64,000 nt of DNA from Tubiluchus corallicola. Taxonomy: Eukaryota > Animalia > Priapulida. How positions within the stretch are numbered: position 1 is the stretch's first letter; the number at the start of each line of letters is the position of its first letter. The notes below the pieces were generated by a model that was not told the DNA's origin, searched no databases, and was given only the letters and a program-made list of their open reading frames with translations. The stretch spans positions 806,001-870,000 of the forward strand of contig JAQGDQ010000035.1 in NCBI GenBank assembly GCA_030141605.1, given 5' to 3'. Below are positions 51,291 to 64,000 of the stretch, in pieces. Made by a program: the position numbers and the translations under genes.

Positions 51291-52274
51291 TTATGATAGT
51301 CTACAATTCACCTTTAACTAACTAATTACATAATTATACCACGCCATCACGGAAGAAGCATAAAAATAAATCTACAAAGAAAACTAATATTAAGCCTGAG
51401 CAGATAAGTCTACTCCAGGTAAGGAATTAGCAGATCAGATTACAATTACCAAGGTTTTAGTTGCAACGGATACCATGGTTATCACAAGGGACACTACTAC
51501 GGCTGGTGATTTCTTACAGTGGGGCGGATACGGTAGATGAAGTAAGCTCTTAATCTTGGAAATACCATGCAAGAGCACATCCAACCAAGAGGCACTGCTG
51601 GCTATGACTACACTGGATATTGATGTCTAATTGTATCAAGTACGAAGTCTGAAGTTATCGTTAGCTGCTAAATTGAGTGTAATTTCTAGCATCATCGAAT
51701 CGCTGTTGTCAATCAATCCCGAAGTAGACTCACTAGAAGAAGCAAAGAAGCTGCTTACGATCAATATACGGTTCACCCGAAAGGTTAACGACTAGGTCAC
51801 TAGATTTGCCATATTACTTGAGATGAATAGACCGGTCGACTGTCACTCGTCAGCCTACATCACCTACTGTTCGTACGCCCCCGGCTATTTTTAGATGCAA
51901 TGGGTAATAGTAATTCAGATTTTGTTTTTGTTTTTTCATTAAAAAAATCTTGTAAATTAATTTTGTTAAAGACGAATTTTTATGGCAAATGCAAAAGTAG
52001 ATTATATAATGATTATGATACTAATACTGATACTGATAATGATGATGTTGATGATGACGACGACGACGACAACAACAACAATAATAATAGTAATAATAAC
52101 AGTAACAATAGTAATATATATTTATTAAAATCTGCTTTAAATTCAAAAGACAACACAAGCCTTCCACATCAGGCTTTTAAGGCTGACTGTGAATAACAGT
52201 GGCTACAGTAACAATAACAAAATAAGCTTAACCTACACACAGAGATTATTATTACTCTACATTTAACCAAAATA

Positions 52275-52375
52275 CCATGCGCCAGGCAAGAGAAAAACTG
52301 GTAACCTTTTTAATGTCTTTTGTATTACCAGATCGCGGTATCGAACGTATTATCGATTCTACTATACCGCCATAA
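52275..52375 (-). mobile_element. MetaSINE-like fragment (tRNA head plus Meta central domain)
   Basis: Minus strand GTTCGATACCGCGATCTGGTAATACAAAAGACATTAAAAAGGTTACCAGTTTTTCTCTTGCCTGGCGC resembles the Meta-domain consensus GTCATACCAAAGAC.TTAAAAATGGTACC...TGC.TGGC.C. Confidence 0.6.
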
Positions 52376-53230
52376 ATATTTTGTGTTTCGCACTTCTCGA
52401 ACACATTCTGTCTTTACAATTCAGTGAGAATGTCTGGAAGTGTTTTTCCAACTTAAACAGCTTTTCGAATCATACTATCATACCAAAAGTTTGTTCGCTA
52501 TAACATTCATATATACTGGCTGTATCAACTTTGATTTTACTACGAGGTATGAGATTTCAGCTATGTGGACTTTCTTTTGATATGTTGTCAATGATAATAG
52601 GAGCCAACATTTAATTTTCAATTCACTTATGTTTGTTCTGCACTTTGGCTACAATCTTTGAAATACTGTAAGTACCAAACTTCGGTCAGAAAAAAATTGA
52701 GAAAACTGTAACAAAAAATTGTGGCGAAATTGTTGTGAATTTTTGTGAAAAAAATTGAATGAACCAATAATTGCATCAAATTTTACACATTTAATCCAAC
52801 CTGGGTAAAGTTGTTTTGATACGATTTCGCAAGAATTTCCAGACGTGGTGCTTCTTTAAATTACGTATAAGAAAAGTACATTTTAGATAACGTAGCCCAT
52901 TGTTTTGTTTTTGGAGCCTAAACTGCCCACTCCAAAGTTCGTTAACAATTACATCGGTAGTGGTTTAAAAAATGAGATAAAATTCACTATAAGAGTGTTT
53001 CATCAATGTGTAGCTGAAGTATGGTCCATCCAATTACGGAACGGAACGATATGCATGCATAATTTGCTGTAACTTTTACAACTGGCAAAGTTGTTCACAA
53101 AACTTTTTGAAATTTCAAAATTACCAAAGGCTGGTGGTGGAAGTGCCTCTCTGATCTCGGACCTTTTCAGCATTCCTCCACGATAATGCAGCAAAATATA
53201 TAATTAGAATTAAGTAAAATATTCACATAC

Positions 53231-53818
53231 CGTTAACAAATGTCCAATGGTAACAGAAAAACCAACGTAAAGAGACGCTGGACCACATTCTTGGTGTTTT
53301 GAGTCAATGTTTGTGTACATAGAAAACGCATAAATAAACGTCACAAAAAACTCCAAGCCGAATGCTTGGACTAATGTAACGGAAGTGTTTGTTTCAGTTA
53401 TTCCCAGTTTCCTATGTTCTTCTAAAGGAATGATGCCATACAACGCGCCAGCACCTGCTATTGCCCCTAAACACTGGGCAATAATGTAGCAAGTACACCT
53501 TAATGTTGATATATTTCGTGTAACTAACATAGCTAGAGTTATAGCGGGATTCAGATGACCTCCACTAACGTGTCCAACACTCTGGACTAAAATAGTTACA
53601 GTTAAACCGAAAACCATAGATGCTTTTATATCATTGCTAGCTGAGGCATCTTGACACTGCAGAACCGTACCACAACCCATGAAGACAAGCAGCATTGTAG
53701 CCAAGAGTTCCGTTCTGATTGCTTTCCAGAAATGGTAGCTTCTTATTTCTTCTAATACGTGTGTCATGACTGATATGCGTGTTGATACTTCTGCAATGTT
53801 TCTTGAATGCTTCGCATT
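53231..53818 (-). CDS. Classical (AQP4-like) aquaporin, main exon TM1-TM5
   Basis: FWKAIRTELLATMLLVFMGCG, SGGHLNPAIT, YIIAQCLGAIAGA, GFSVTIGHL. Donor ACG|GTATGT at 53231/53230; acceptor TTATTACAG| at 53819/53818. ar/R filter F-H-A-R, as in AQP4. Confidence 0.95.
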
Positions 53819-53920
53819 CTGTAATAACAATTTTGTCTAAATTATATGATGACTCTACTGCACAATTTGGTGCTTCTTAGTGTAATTATTTGAAGCCAAG
53901 TAGAAACGCGTTCACTTAAC

Positions 53921-53947
53921 CGCATCAGGCATATCTTTCTGATACAT
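53921..53947 (-). CDS. Possible short first coding exon of the aquaporin (MYQKDMPDA)
   Basis: ATG at 53947, donor GCG|GTTAAG at 53921/53920, 102 bp intron, phase 0 compatible with the 53818 acceptor. Confidence 0.45.
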
Positions 53948-54249
53948 AAGCCGCTGCGTGCTTTTGTTTTGCCTATGGCAAACGATACATATTATTGATC
54001 TGCACTTGAGTGTCCAATGGACTGTCGGAATGCGTGAGGCTTCATTACAGCAAACCATTAAAAGGTGTAGTAAAAATCGGCAACCATTATTAGTATTCAT
54101 AGTGCGTGTTTCAGCTTATTACTGTAGGATCCATCTAACAACTAAGTTAGTAAGTAAGTTACCAGACACCACAGAGGGCAAATTGATGATGTTACAAACC
54201 CACATCATTAATTATTTGCAACAGAGAAGTGCTTATTAAACTTAACAAT

Positions 54250-54610
54250 TACATCTCTCAGGAACATCACTTCAAGTTTGTTTACCGCAAGATTCTGTTA
54301 TGTCACCATTGTTACTCAACTTTTGCGCTGTTGATATGTTTAACGAAATAATGGCTTTAAGTGACACCGATTGCTATAATTTGGTGATGACGGTACGATC
54401 TTTGCTACTGGTTGTACTGAAAGCAATGCCTTTAGTTTAGTACAGCTCGGTTGCGATAAACTTCACAATTGGTGATACAAATGGAAACAAACATTAAACT
54501 GCTCACCTGGGAAAATGGAAGTGGTTCCTTTTGGATTCGATAAGCTGCCTTGCGTTTTAAAATTTGGGAATAAAACTATTAATTACTTGCAGTAGAGTTT
54601 CAAGCTTCTT
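54250..54610 (+). mobile_element. Degenerate non-LTR RT fragment
   Basis: LPQDSVMSPLLLN and FGDDGT correspond to the PQGS and YADD motifs. Confidence 0.6.
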
Positions 54611-54813
54611 GACATCAATATCGTTAAAAAATTTGCATTGTTACAATGTAAACAATGTTAAAACATGCTTGCATGAGGTAGTTGCTTATCAAATGTAAAG
54701 TTAGTATGATGTATAAGGGGTTCAGTATAAATATAATAATTACAATGCTGAAGTCATTAGTGCTGCCAATGCAGGATGAACTTCCACTTATATGTTTTTG
54801 CAGTTTCAAGTTC

Positions 54814-54930
54814 ACGCACATACCAAGAAGAGGCCGCTTACGCATAGCTAAAGCCCCAGTCTGTGTCTGAAATTCACGCGAGGACGAAGAAGAGGTCGCT
54901 TACGCATAACTAAAGCCCCAGCCTGTGTCT
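54814..54930 (+). repeat. ~61 bp tandem duplication upstream of the aquaporin
   Basis: AAGAAGAGG.CGCTTACGCATA.CTAAAGCCCCAG.CTGTGTCT occurs twice. Confidence 0.9.
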
Positions 54931-55419
54931 TCAATACAAGCGTTAAGCCCATTAGTGCAACAGTGCTTGTTACAACTGGTAACATAATAAAGGCCCGAAA
55001 TTGTAGTATTAAAAAATTAACGCGTATTGTAATAAAAATAAACTCATATTAATGTAATTAATAACCAATGATGCAATAAATGACGATAATGTAATAGATA
55101 ACCGATAACGTAATATAATTAACTGATATTGTAATATAAACAAACTAACGCATTATGTAAGACCCCAAAACATACAATGTATTAGCGAATTTGTATAATT
55201 ATCTAATATTTATTGTTACTTTGTCATCCGGAATTAACTGTGTTTTATTAAACTTATATGTGAATTTGTGTATGCAGAATTAGTCATCACTATTTTGCAT
55301 TTAGGTATTTTTTAGGAGTATAATCTTTTATTAATTAGTATTTTATATCTGATTTTAATGTTCTGAAGTTATGCGTGATTGTTTTTGTGTCACATCAATT
55401 TATAAATTTGTGCATGTAT

Positions 55420-56512
55420 CAGACAGTATCAGTGCTCAGTGTTACAGTCTTCCTAAGCAAACAATACTTGCTTGGGCTTGCTTGGACTTGCTTAGACTGA
55501 TTTCCTTCTCAGTTCAGTAAAACTTTTTCCAGCCTGAATCAAATGGTGTTAGTAAAGTTTAAGGGATGGATCAGTGCCTGGTCCCAACAATTTTGCTTGA
55601 TGCGCAACTGTTCCAACATTGCATCCAGTCACACTTTTTCTTGCGGACAGTCTTCATATGTTTTGCCAACTGTCACAGTGTTGGCTTTGTTATACAAGCG
55701 TTCAATAAAACGTTCAAGCACAGACATGAGGTAAGTCAGCTGCTTAGAGTTAGGAATAATGCTTAGAGTTAGATTCCAAATTCTTCCGTCACCTCTTCAA
55801 CACTTACCATATAAACCGGGCTATCTTTTCCTTTCCTGGCAAAATCTGAAATCTGGTCGCAATTAGTAAAAGCTGACAGAACCAAACATAACCAAACATT
55901 CAAACATAACCTTGCTACGTTGTGACAGTGCGTGCATGTTAGTTGACAAAACAGGTAAACTTTGTCCACAATTTTTAAAAGATGTGGCTCTTATGAGCTG
56001 GCAACAGCCATCTTCAATTCTGGAGATATTGGATAATTTTCGATTGGTTCCATATCCAAAATTAATCAACTGGATGGGTTTTAGCATTCTGCAAAGTTTC
56101 ATGGTTTTAAGGTAAAATGAGCAAATCCGTCATTTTGTGCAACATTTGCAGCCACTTTTGCCGCCATCTTGAAATGATATTATGGGGGTATTTAAGCATC
56201 AGATGTGGATTCCATGATCTCGAAAACCTATATTTAGACACAAAATCTCTATCCTGTATGCTGTAATAGCTAAGATATAGCCCTTATAAGCTTTGGAATG
56301 AAAATGAGCATTTTTTCACCATTCTGGCAAACTAAATGCCTATTAATTTTGATCAAATGGCGGCCATCTTTTTGACGTCATAATTAAGACCATTGCAGTG
56401 CTGATATTTCGGCCTAATTTGATATGTTATTCTCTGGACTAGATACAGCAAGAAAGCACAAAAACCGTTTTCTTGCAGTTTTTTGGGATAAGCCAACAAT
56501 TGGACCCTACTA
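55420..56512 (-). mobile_element. Academ(X)-type transposon remnant (XPG-like C-terminal region, internally deleted)
   Basis: Minus strand AFTNCDQISDFARKGK...EVTEEF (cf. HAFTGCDxxSxFxGKGK), LERFI..LY and CWDQAL. GCCATCTT subterminal motifs; possible TAGTAGGG terminus at ~56512. Confidence 0.65.
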
Positions 56513-56689
56513 TACAGAATGTCTCAAATGTTTTACTATGTGAAGACAAACACATAATACACAATAACAGTTTTCATTGGGCATTGAAGCCCTATCTAAC
56601 AACGAAATGAAGTTTCGTGGGTTCTTTATATATTAAGATTCTGTTTGTTTGCTTTGCACCCGTTAACGGGACTATTTTTTAGGATTAAT

Positions 56690-57930
56690 GGCAGGCAAAT
56701 CAAAAAGAGGTGTTAGTGGTTACGTTGCTAAAAGGGCGTGGCGATGTTGCTCTGCATATTCTGCCACATTTTATCAATAAAAAAATAAAAGGAATAATAA
56801 CTAACAAAATAGAATCACTATGGCTCGAAGTAGAAAATCATTTGATTTGCATGACGTATAACCTCCCATTCAGAAGCCAAAATGCTTTCTAAAATTTTCG
56901 ATGCAGAATTCGAAAAAGCTTCTACAGACATTAACGAAAAAGTAGTAGTGATGAGAGATGCAAACAAAACAACCAGTCTTATTTACATAGAAGACATAAT
57001 GAAGGAAGGTGGGCCAATTTCGACATGTTAACAATATTAACAATATCAATTCAAAAGTGATCTAACTACAATGCCCTAAAGACATATAGTACGGTGGACA
57101 CCAGATCTAACTGTACTGTAAAAGAGAATGAAAAACACTGAAAACTTTTATACAGTCGAACAAAGTTGAGGACCACGAGGAAATATATAAAGGCTAGAAA
57201 CTGCAAAATTCAAATCTAATGCAAAAATGCAGATCTAATGCAATCTATCAATGCAAAAATGGAGATCTAAAAATGCCTGTTATAAAAATAAATACAAAAA
57301 CACAAAATTTCAGTAGAAAAGAAAATGGCAAATAATAAATTATGTAAGAAATAAAAATAAAGAAAACAGCTATAAACAAGTTAAATCTAGGAAATAAAGA
57401 ATGTACAAGGCAAAAAGACATAGCAAACATCCTTAACACCACCTTCCTAGAAATGGGAGAATACAAAGGCAAGATTGACCTAACAAAATGAATACGATAA
57501 ACTATTTTTGAACAAAAAACTCGACTACAGCTTCTTATTTCAACCAACGACTGTATATGAAATATTAAATATAATTAATGACTTAAATAGAACAAAAGTC
57601 AATGTGATGTACTGACAAAAATTTTAAAACTATCGGCAAATATTATAGCAATTCATATATTGAATCAAATGATCATGCGAAGCAAATTCCCTTATATATA
57701 AAAAAACAATGTTACTCCAAAACCAAAAAATGGAGACGGCAAAATCCAAAAAGTACCGGCTAATTTCATTTGCGTATGCATTCTCAAAAAAGTTTGAAAC
57801 AGTAACGTACAAACAAATTTTCCAGTACTTTAGTCACAACACTAAGTAAATGTCAGTTTGGGTATAGAAAAAATATAGCATAACAGACGCAGTTACTCTT
57901 GCTACAAATAGCTGGAGATACTTCCTAAAT
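56690..57930 (+). mobile_element. Highly decayed CR1/L2-group LINE (APE and RT start)
   Basis: RGDVALHI, IESLWLEV, VVVMRDAN, ANILNTTF, YRLIS...FSKKFE and QFGYRK remnants. Confidence 0.7.
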
Positions 57931-60213
57931 CAGTATGAATTTCGGGAATCTGTATCTTGAGCCAGCTGAGATTATATTACATAAGAGTCAATGAGGATAT
58001 TTGTTAACCGTACTGCACACATTGTATTATTCTTATCATATTGTACTCAATTTTATTGTTTTAGTTTATGGGTGAAATTTAATCGGTACAGCATTCGCAA
58101 ACTTAGATTTGCGTAAAATTTTAATTGTGATTATGGTACTACAGCATCAGATATGTGTGCAATTAACCGGTCACATTTCACAGTTATCAGAAGAAACACG
58201 GCTTATAGCAACTGGTATATAATCAATGAGAATAGTGATAATTTCATTATTAGTGGTTTTCTGAATATGTCAAATGTACCCATATAAGTCAAAGTTCGTG
58301 TTGCAATGGATGCAGATAGTTTTATGAGGTACAATAATATAACTTCTGGGAATATGATAACTTTTACTTTGTATATACTATTGTGATGCCGTCTATGAAC
58401 GATAACAAGGATTCATACTTTACTACATGTATTAACTAAAAAAATTATATAAAAAAAAGAAAATAAAGAAAAAGTAAAATGAAACACTTAACAAGAGTTT
58501 ATAGCTGACACTTACGTGTGGAGTCGAAGTGCAAACCAAAAGATTAAACAAAAAATTACTGAATCTCTACTGACTTAATAACAGTAACCAAGAAAGAAAA
58601 CAAAATTAAACCGAAGCCGAACATGGCCCAGAACGCACTGCCCTCGAATCTACGAGAACAGGTTACACGCTCGAGAAAATTGGCCTAGAAAACTGAGCTC
58701 TCATTGGCCCACGCAATTTTACATTCAATACACTACATTTTCATGAAGCCCGTGGTTTCCGAAACTGTTTAATCCTGCGACCCGCCACAGTATTTCTTAC
58801 CGTAACTTCTAATTTTATGCGATTTTAACTATAGATTTTTAACATTGCGTACCATGGTTTAGATTTTTATGTATGTATGTGGTTTTAAGCTAAAATAAAC
58901 TGAAAAACTAGACTAAACACGAACTCGTTGTTGTGTGTACAACAACTAGTAGCAAGCGCTATCACTAAACGAACATAGTCACTTATCTAGCCTAGGCTAA
59001 TTTAACCTAACCGGTTCATAAGATGTTAAAGCTAGTGAATAAACCTAAAGAAATTGGGATAAACCTAACCTAACTAAGCAATTTAAACAGGATTAATACA
59101 GTGAAACTAAATGCATTAAGTACAACGGCAGTTTCTCAAGTACTTCTAGTAAAAAGGGAGGTTTCCAAGCCTTCTAGTGTAGTACTTGTGAAGTGACAGT
59201 TTCAGACTTATGAGTTCGGCTAGATCTTGAACGATCAACACTGTTCAAACTGCCACCTCAGCTGCTACAAAGGCGCCGCATGACATATGTCTATATGACT
59301 TTTCAGGCAGGTGTACATGTCACACGATCAGTGCCAAAAGCCGAATGCTGATAGGAAGTAGTCACTGTATGAAATAATAACAACTGTATAGAAACTAACC
59401 AAAGGAAAACCCTGTTACATGTGCTTTAAAGCCTTTAATGTAATTCGGATAGCCCTAAACTGTTTTAACAGGCGTAGCGACAAGCGAATTAAAAGAACGC
59501 TTTAGCCGCCCTCAATAAAGTACTGCAGGGTAACACTAAAATTTGTATTTTAATGCCAATATTACGAGCCGTCAAAAATCCATCTGAAAGACCCAGTTTG
59601 TTATCAAAAAGCAAATATTAAGCAGTGGTCTTACAGGTAAATACAAATGGTAGAACGTCCTATTATGAAGAGCCGATAAACGGGATAACAGAATTCTGGG
59701 TATCCCCCTTTTCAAATATTCTTTTGCGGGTATTACTGTATGAAAGCTAAACGGATTGGATGTAAAATATCTTTGAATCTTTAAAAGCAGGAAATGAGAA
59801 CAGCGTAGGCCCGCATGTAAAACGGGGAAGCGCTTCTAGATCGGCAATTAGAGATGCAATGAATTTATGTTTGCTAAAAACACCTTGTGAAATACGTATA
59901 ATCAAGACAACAGCATCTTAAATGCACTTCAGAGGTTTAAGAAATTAGTTTCTTAATTCTCCACGAAAATTTGTAGCGCTGCATTATTTCCTGTAATAGA
60001 ACATTGCTGACTGGTGAGTGTATTGCTTATAGCTTTACAGAAATTTATAAAACGTGGAGCAATGGGATTGGTTTAGTAGCAGAGGCGATCGAAATTTTAG
60101 TTATCGCAAAAAGGAAGTTTCACAAGCCCGTACAATAGGAGTACAGTTAGAAATGACGACTCTAAAACGACTCTGATGCAAATAAGTTACAGACAGACTT
60201 TGTGAAATCCGTC

Positions 60214-60304
60214 ATGTATAATGCTTTGTTCGCTCCTTTTATTTTGTCTACGCTTAGCACGGCGGTCGCACTACGATTAGGTTATGATGAGGGACAAACA
60301 GAAG
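60214..60304 (+). CDS. CUB-domain protein exon 1 (signal peptide)
   Basis: MYNALFAPFILSTLSTAVALRLGYDEGQTE; donor AAG|GTAAAT, phase 1, matching the next exon. Confidence 0.65.
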
Positions 60305-61002
60305 GTAAATCAAATTGCTGCAAAGCACTGACTTACTTTACACTTTTATTCTACTTGCTTATATTGAAGTGAAACGTCATCCCAGTGATATCTCATCGGT
60401 GCTCTGCATAATTTCATCCCTAAGACAATTCTACGGAGCTATTATGATAAATTTTTGTGATAAATTAGTTTACTTGGATGTTTCAGAGTTATGAAATAAT
60501 AACAATATTTCGAAAACATTGCAAGTGAATTAGTAAAATGAAATATAACTGATTTTATAGTTAAAAATTAATTTATGCATGAAAGGCATATGAGATAAAG
60601 TACTCAACTAAGAAAGTAAACTATACAGTGTTCCTATTATTTTCTTAAGCATATAAATTAAATTTTACTCCATAAGCAGATTTTTTTACTAAATTCCACA
60701 TACAAAAGTTACTGTACCGTATTCTCCGACAAAAACCTCCACTCCCGAAAATAATCTTATTAAAATTAATATGAGTTTAATTTAATTTTTACGTACAGCA
60801 GTTTTTTTATGGAAATCAGTTCAAGCTGCTAATATTATAGATGGGCCAACGTGCCTCAGTACTAGCAAACAGAAAATTATAAACAAGAGGGTTAATTTAC
60901 CTTTTCAGACGTGTGCAAAATGTTATTAGTTGAACGATTTTCCGCTTTGCAGCCATCTTTGAATTTGCACTTTTTCGAACACTCTTAAACAAACTTTCTC
61001 AA

Positions 61003-61041
<39 letters not shown>

Positions 61042-61897
61042 GCTATTATTATTATATTTCGTACTATTACATATAGATACAGCAAATAATAGCACTTAAC
61101 GACGCTTTTAAAAAAAAGCGGGGCTTTTTTTACATTTGATCTCAATTTTAACTAAATATATTGAAAAGTTATTAAAGTTTATATCTGTGCACATCTCTTA
61201 TTACGTACTTTTTAATAGCGCTCCTTGAGTTGGCTTGGCAGTGTCAACTATGAGCAACTGTGACTGTCATGGAAACAACGAACTAAATATTAAAATTAAT
61301 GCTGTTTTGCATTCTATAAGCAATTTAAGTTTCATAATATATATATATAGCAGTGTACAGATTTGAAAATTTATAAAGTTTCATTGCAAGTATATAACAG
61401 TTAAAATTGTTGTTAACTTCGCGACATAATGTTATGTTAATAATTTCGTATTTTATATGTTTCATAACCGATTTTCGATAATAATTTACAGCAGTTTACC
61501 ATTATTTTGCTGTTGGATTGAAAGTATGTTTAGGAGTGCAATTTGCACTTGCATTGTAGTACACATGTTTTAATTAATCTCTCGAATACCTTTTATTAGA
61601 TAAATCAGGCAAACTGTTTACCCAGGCTCTTTGCAAAGTTGACCCTGCAGCCGTTTTAGCAATAATTGCTAAAACATAAAGGTAGAAACAAAAAGGAAAA
61701 CTGAGACTTTGCAAATTAAAAGAAAAATTCAGATTTAACTGATTACATTCTGATAATGCTCACAAAAGTAAAATTCTGATTTTGCAATATGTACTGCCTT
61801 CAACCAACAACAGCAATTCCATCTAAATTAATTACATTATTATTATTATTTATTTATTTATTTATTATTATTATTTATTATTATTATTACTTTGTAG

Positions 61898-62037
61898 GTG
61901 CTTGTGCTCCGGGAGGCAAGGCTTACATCAATGTTAACAAATCCGTAATTCATATAATTAGCCCAGGTTATGATGACAATAAACAGTATGATTATTTTGA
62001 AGATTGCACCTGGTTAATTGCAGCTCCTATTGGGCAG
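61898..62037 (+). CDS. CUB-domain protein exon 2 (first half of a CUB domain)
   Basis: Acceptor TTTGTAG|, donor CAG|GTATGT. C...IISPGYDDNKQY...CTWLIAAPIGQ is the CUB signature (I.SP.YP..Y...C.W.I.AP.G). Later exons were not found in the window. Confidence 0.88.
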
Positions 62038-62279
62038 GTATGTTAGAATATGACTAAAACAAGTGCAAGTTCTTGCGCTGGTGGCCAAGGCAGTAATAAT
62101 GGTTAAATAGTCGATTCATCTAGTATCCCAATGTCACTGTGTCAGTTATAGGAAATATAAATTATTTTTGTGAAACAACGGATCACACATTTTAAATAAG
62201 TTCAAGTATTCTATCATCAACTCTTTAGTTAAGAGAGCTCTCAAAATTTACTCTTCACAAACAATGTTGAAATTGGAAC

Positions 62280-63210
62280 TCCAAAACATTACTGCCAGAA
62301 CCACAGTGTTCTTGGATCGCTTTTGTTTTTATGTTTTATTAATGATTTACCTGATGTTATTGATGCTATAACAGCAAAGTTATTTGCAGATGATGTAAAG
62401 CTCTATCAATGTTTTTGGTCAAGTCATCTTCATTCAGCCCTGGATTCAATCAATTTATGGGCTAATGAGTGGCAACTAGTTATAGCCATACCGAAATCCA
62501 ATGTTATATACATTGGCAATGCTAATCCGGGCCATGAATATCACTTTTTTGACTCTTATTTGCCCGTCGAAACAAGTGCGCATGATTAGTGTTATAATTT
62601 CTCATGACCTGAAATGGACAAACCAATGCATTGGGCCAATAGAATTACAAATATGTTGTTTAGAATGTTTCCTACTGATGATAAAGGCATATTGTTAAAA
62701 TCGTTCATAGTTTACATAAGACCTATTGTAGAGTATTGCTTGCCAGTCTGGAATCCAGCTTTATTAGGGTAATGTTGACCGTATAGAAAGTGTGCAGCGA
62801 TACTTTACTCGACGCCTGTTTTATAGATGTAATTTAATGTATATGCCATATCCTAAGCCTCTGGAGATTCTACATCTAAAGTCTTTAGAGGATAGACGCA
62901 TTCAAAGAGATTTAGCTTTATTCTACCAAATTATTCATAGCGAAGTTGATGTTGACTTTGACAATTTTTTACTCGTGTATCTTGCAATAGAACAAGGCAA
63001 AATCATTCTCTGAAGTTTTTCGTGCGTCGATCAGCTAAAGTATCAATTGGTCAATTTTTCTCAAATCGTGTTGTACCGATTTGGAACTCATTGCCTGCAT
63101 ATGTTGATGGTGCACCCCTCGTAACGGCACAAAATATTAAGTTATTTAAAAGCCCCTTATCTAAAGTTAAGTTGTATAAATTCCTTGTACACAATAGACG
63201 CATGTAAGCA
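62280..63210 (+). mobile_element. 5'-truncated CR1-group LINE in the CUB gene intron
   Basis: SVLGSLLFLCFINDLP, LFADDVKLY, YIRPIVEYC.PVWNP, ESVQRYFTRR, SLEDRR and FFSNRVVPIWNSLP. Confidence 0.9.
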
Positions 63211-64000
63211 GTTAATCTCTTTGTGTCCTTACCACACTCTTGTAAATATTTTAGTTGTATGTTTTTTGCCAACGGGTTTTATTTTATATTGTTTTTATTG
63301 GCTGTATTTTACTATTGGGTGTGAATAAAATAAATAAAATAAAGAAATAAATAGAAGGTGATACCAAACCTAAGGCCAGCGAGTGTTAAAAAGCAAACAA
63401 CCACGTTATCCAATAGGACTGACCAGTCTAACACAAACTCACTGAGTTCCATTAATACTAATGCGCCAGTCTCTCTTACATAATACAAAGGAATGCGTTT
63501 TTTAACATTAGACATTCAGCTAAAATCAGTGCAATTTTTATATGTAATTTAGAGGGAATTCAGCTTTTCTCAGTAATTTGTTTTCAAATATACCACCAAT
63601 ACCCGCTAGTATTGCTAGCCACATGAGTCCCACCTTTAATTGTTTGTGAATTTAAACATCACAGATAAGGCAAACAATACATTACTTGACGATACAACCA
63701 ATGCAGTTCTGAAGGCAAAGTTAAAAGCAGCAAAATCTGAAAGGGCGCTCTTCTGTTTGCTGCGAAACTATAACATAAAAATTAAAGCGATAAGGGCAGC
63801 ACAAAACAAATATAAATAATTAATAGAAGAACCATATTTTATAAAATTAACCCAGTACTTAACGGTAATATAAAATTAAACCAGAACGTGACTCGAGGTT
63901 TTATCTACAATTTGCTAATATTATAACACCATCCACTGTCTGTTTGCTACATCTAGTGACAGAAAACACAAACTTTTTTCCGTATCAATGCCTGCTAACT

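Overview
AT-rich eukaryotic (metazoan, probably invertebrate) genomic DNA with GT-AG introns and many decayed transposons. No prokaryotic operon, rRNA, intact tRNA or CRISPR array is visible. Six host genes can be modelled by eye. (1) A two-exon orphan on - (9494-8478) encodes a disordered protein packed with RRxS motifs and a poly-Pro run. (2) A two-coding-exon gene on - (20425-16632) encodes about 240 aa that follow the Mrr/PD-(D/E)xK restriction-endonuclease pattern with the catalytic residues replaced; this is the most interesting object here. (3) A divergent rhodopsin-class GPCR stops after about TM5 (25381-24770). (4) An MS4A/CD20-like four-TM protein (42291-42923). (5) An AQP4-like classical aquaporin (53947-46066, 3-4 coding exons). 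(6) The first two exons of a secreted CUB-domain protein (60214-62037, continuing beyond what can be traced). The rest is L2, RTE, CR1, Gypsy, Penelope (with a hammerhead-ribozyme motif), Academ and Sola3/Kolobok-like remnants, clean hAT and pogo-type MITEs with target-site duplications, tRNA-derived SINEs, local duplications and microsatellites. All family assignments come from motif recognition, not database searches.
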